This document shows, in pieces, positions 63,701 through 64,000 of a stretch of DNA of 64,000 bases. The position numbers and the translations under genes are program-made. Below the pieces are notes generated by a model. It was given only the letters and a program-made list of their open reading frames with translations, made no database searches and was not told the DNA's origin. Origin of the DNA: Centroscyllium fabricii (taxonomy: Eukaryota); contig JBNRSN020000002.1 of the NCBI GenBank assembly GCA_051313645.2, forward strand, positions 478,392,001 to 478,456,000, in the 5' to 3' direction. How positions within the stretch are numbered: the first letter of the stretch is position 1; each line of letters opens with the position of its first letter.

Positions 63701-64000
63701 CAGGTCCGACACCGTTAATCCGGCACGGTCAGGACCAGGCCGGTGCCGGACTAGTGAAAAATCCGAATGACTGAAGTTTCGGCGCGCGCATGCGCAGACC
63801 ATTCAAAATGGCCTCCTCGCACCCCGGCGGACATTTTGAATGGTCTGCGCATGCGCTCGCCAAAGCATCAATCGTTCAGACTAACTCAATAGGAGTCGGG
63901 GAGAGGCCCGGGTATGCGCAGCGGCCATTTTGCGCATGCACAGACTAGTCGGGGAGGGGCAGGGGCAAGCGCGGCAGCCATTTTGCACATGCGCAGATCA
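63701..64000. mobile_element. MITE truncated by the window edge
   Basis: TA|CAGGTCCGACACCGTTAATCCGGCAC. Confidence 0.8.

Noticed and set aside
15287-64000. SNX27 exon 1 (GYGFNVRGQVSEGG)
   Set aside because: Not found by eye on either strand; outside the window or lost

Overview
Repeat-saturated vertebrate DNA, almost certainly a cartilaginous fish (HE1-like V-SINEs, SacSINE1-like Deu-SINEs, many CR1 LINEs, Rex1/Babar and Penelope fragments). No intact protein-coding gene is visible. The host locus is a broken, unprocessed SNX27-like gene: exons 2 and 3 are intact on the minus strand; exon 10 is frameshifted, split by a Rex1/Babar insertion and lies only ~170 bp from exon 3; exon 8 sits inverted on the plus strand ~10 kb upstream. 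The main discovery candidate is a group of 19 TA-flanked Tc1/mariner (Tigger/pogo-like) MITEs, some carrying foreign DNA. One family has two empty copies and two loaded copies with cargo at the same internal site, next to a G-rich minisatellite that is expanded only in the loaded copies. The cargoes are MSL3 exon 1 with flanks and an in-frame MAM-domain (MAMDC4-like) fragment, i.e. a Pack-TIR-like gene-capture system. Also present: a 5S-rRNA-derived SINE with a Rex1-like tail, Penelope-associated hammerhead ribozyme cores, a solo LTR and several minisatellites. Homology calls come from recognising translated sequence, not from database searches; repeat boundaries are approximate.
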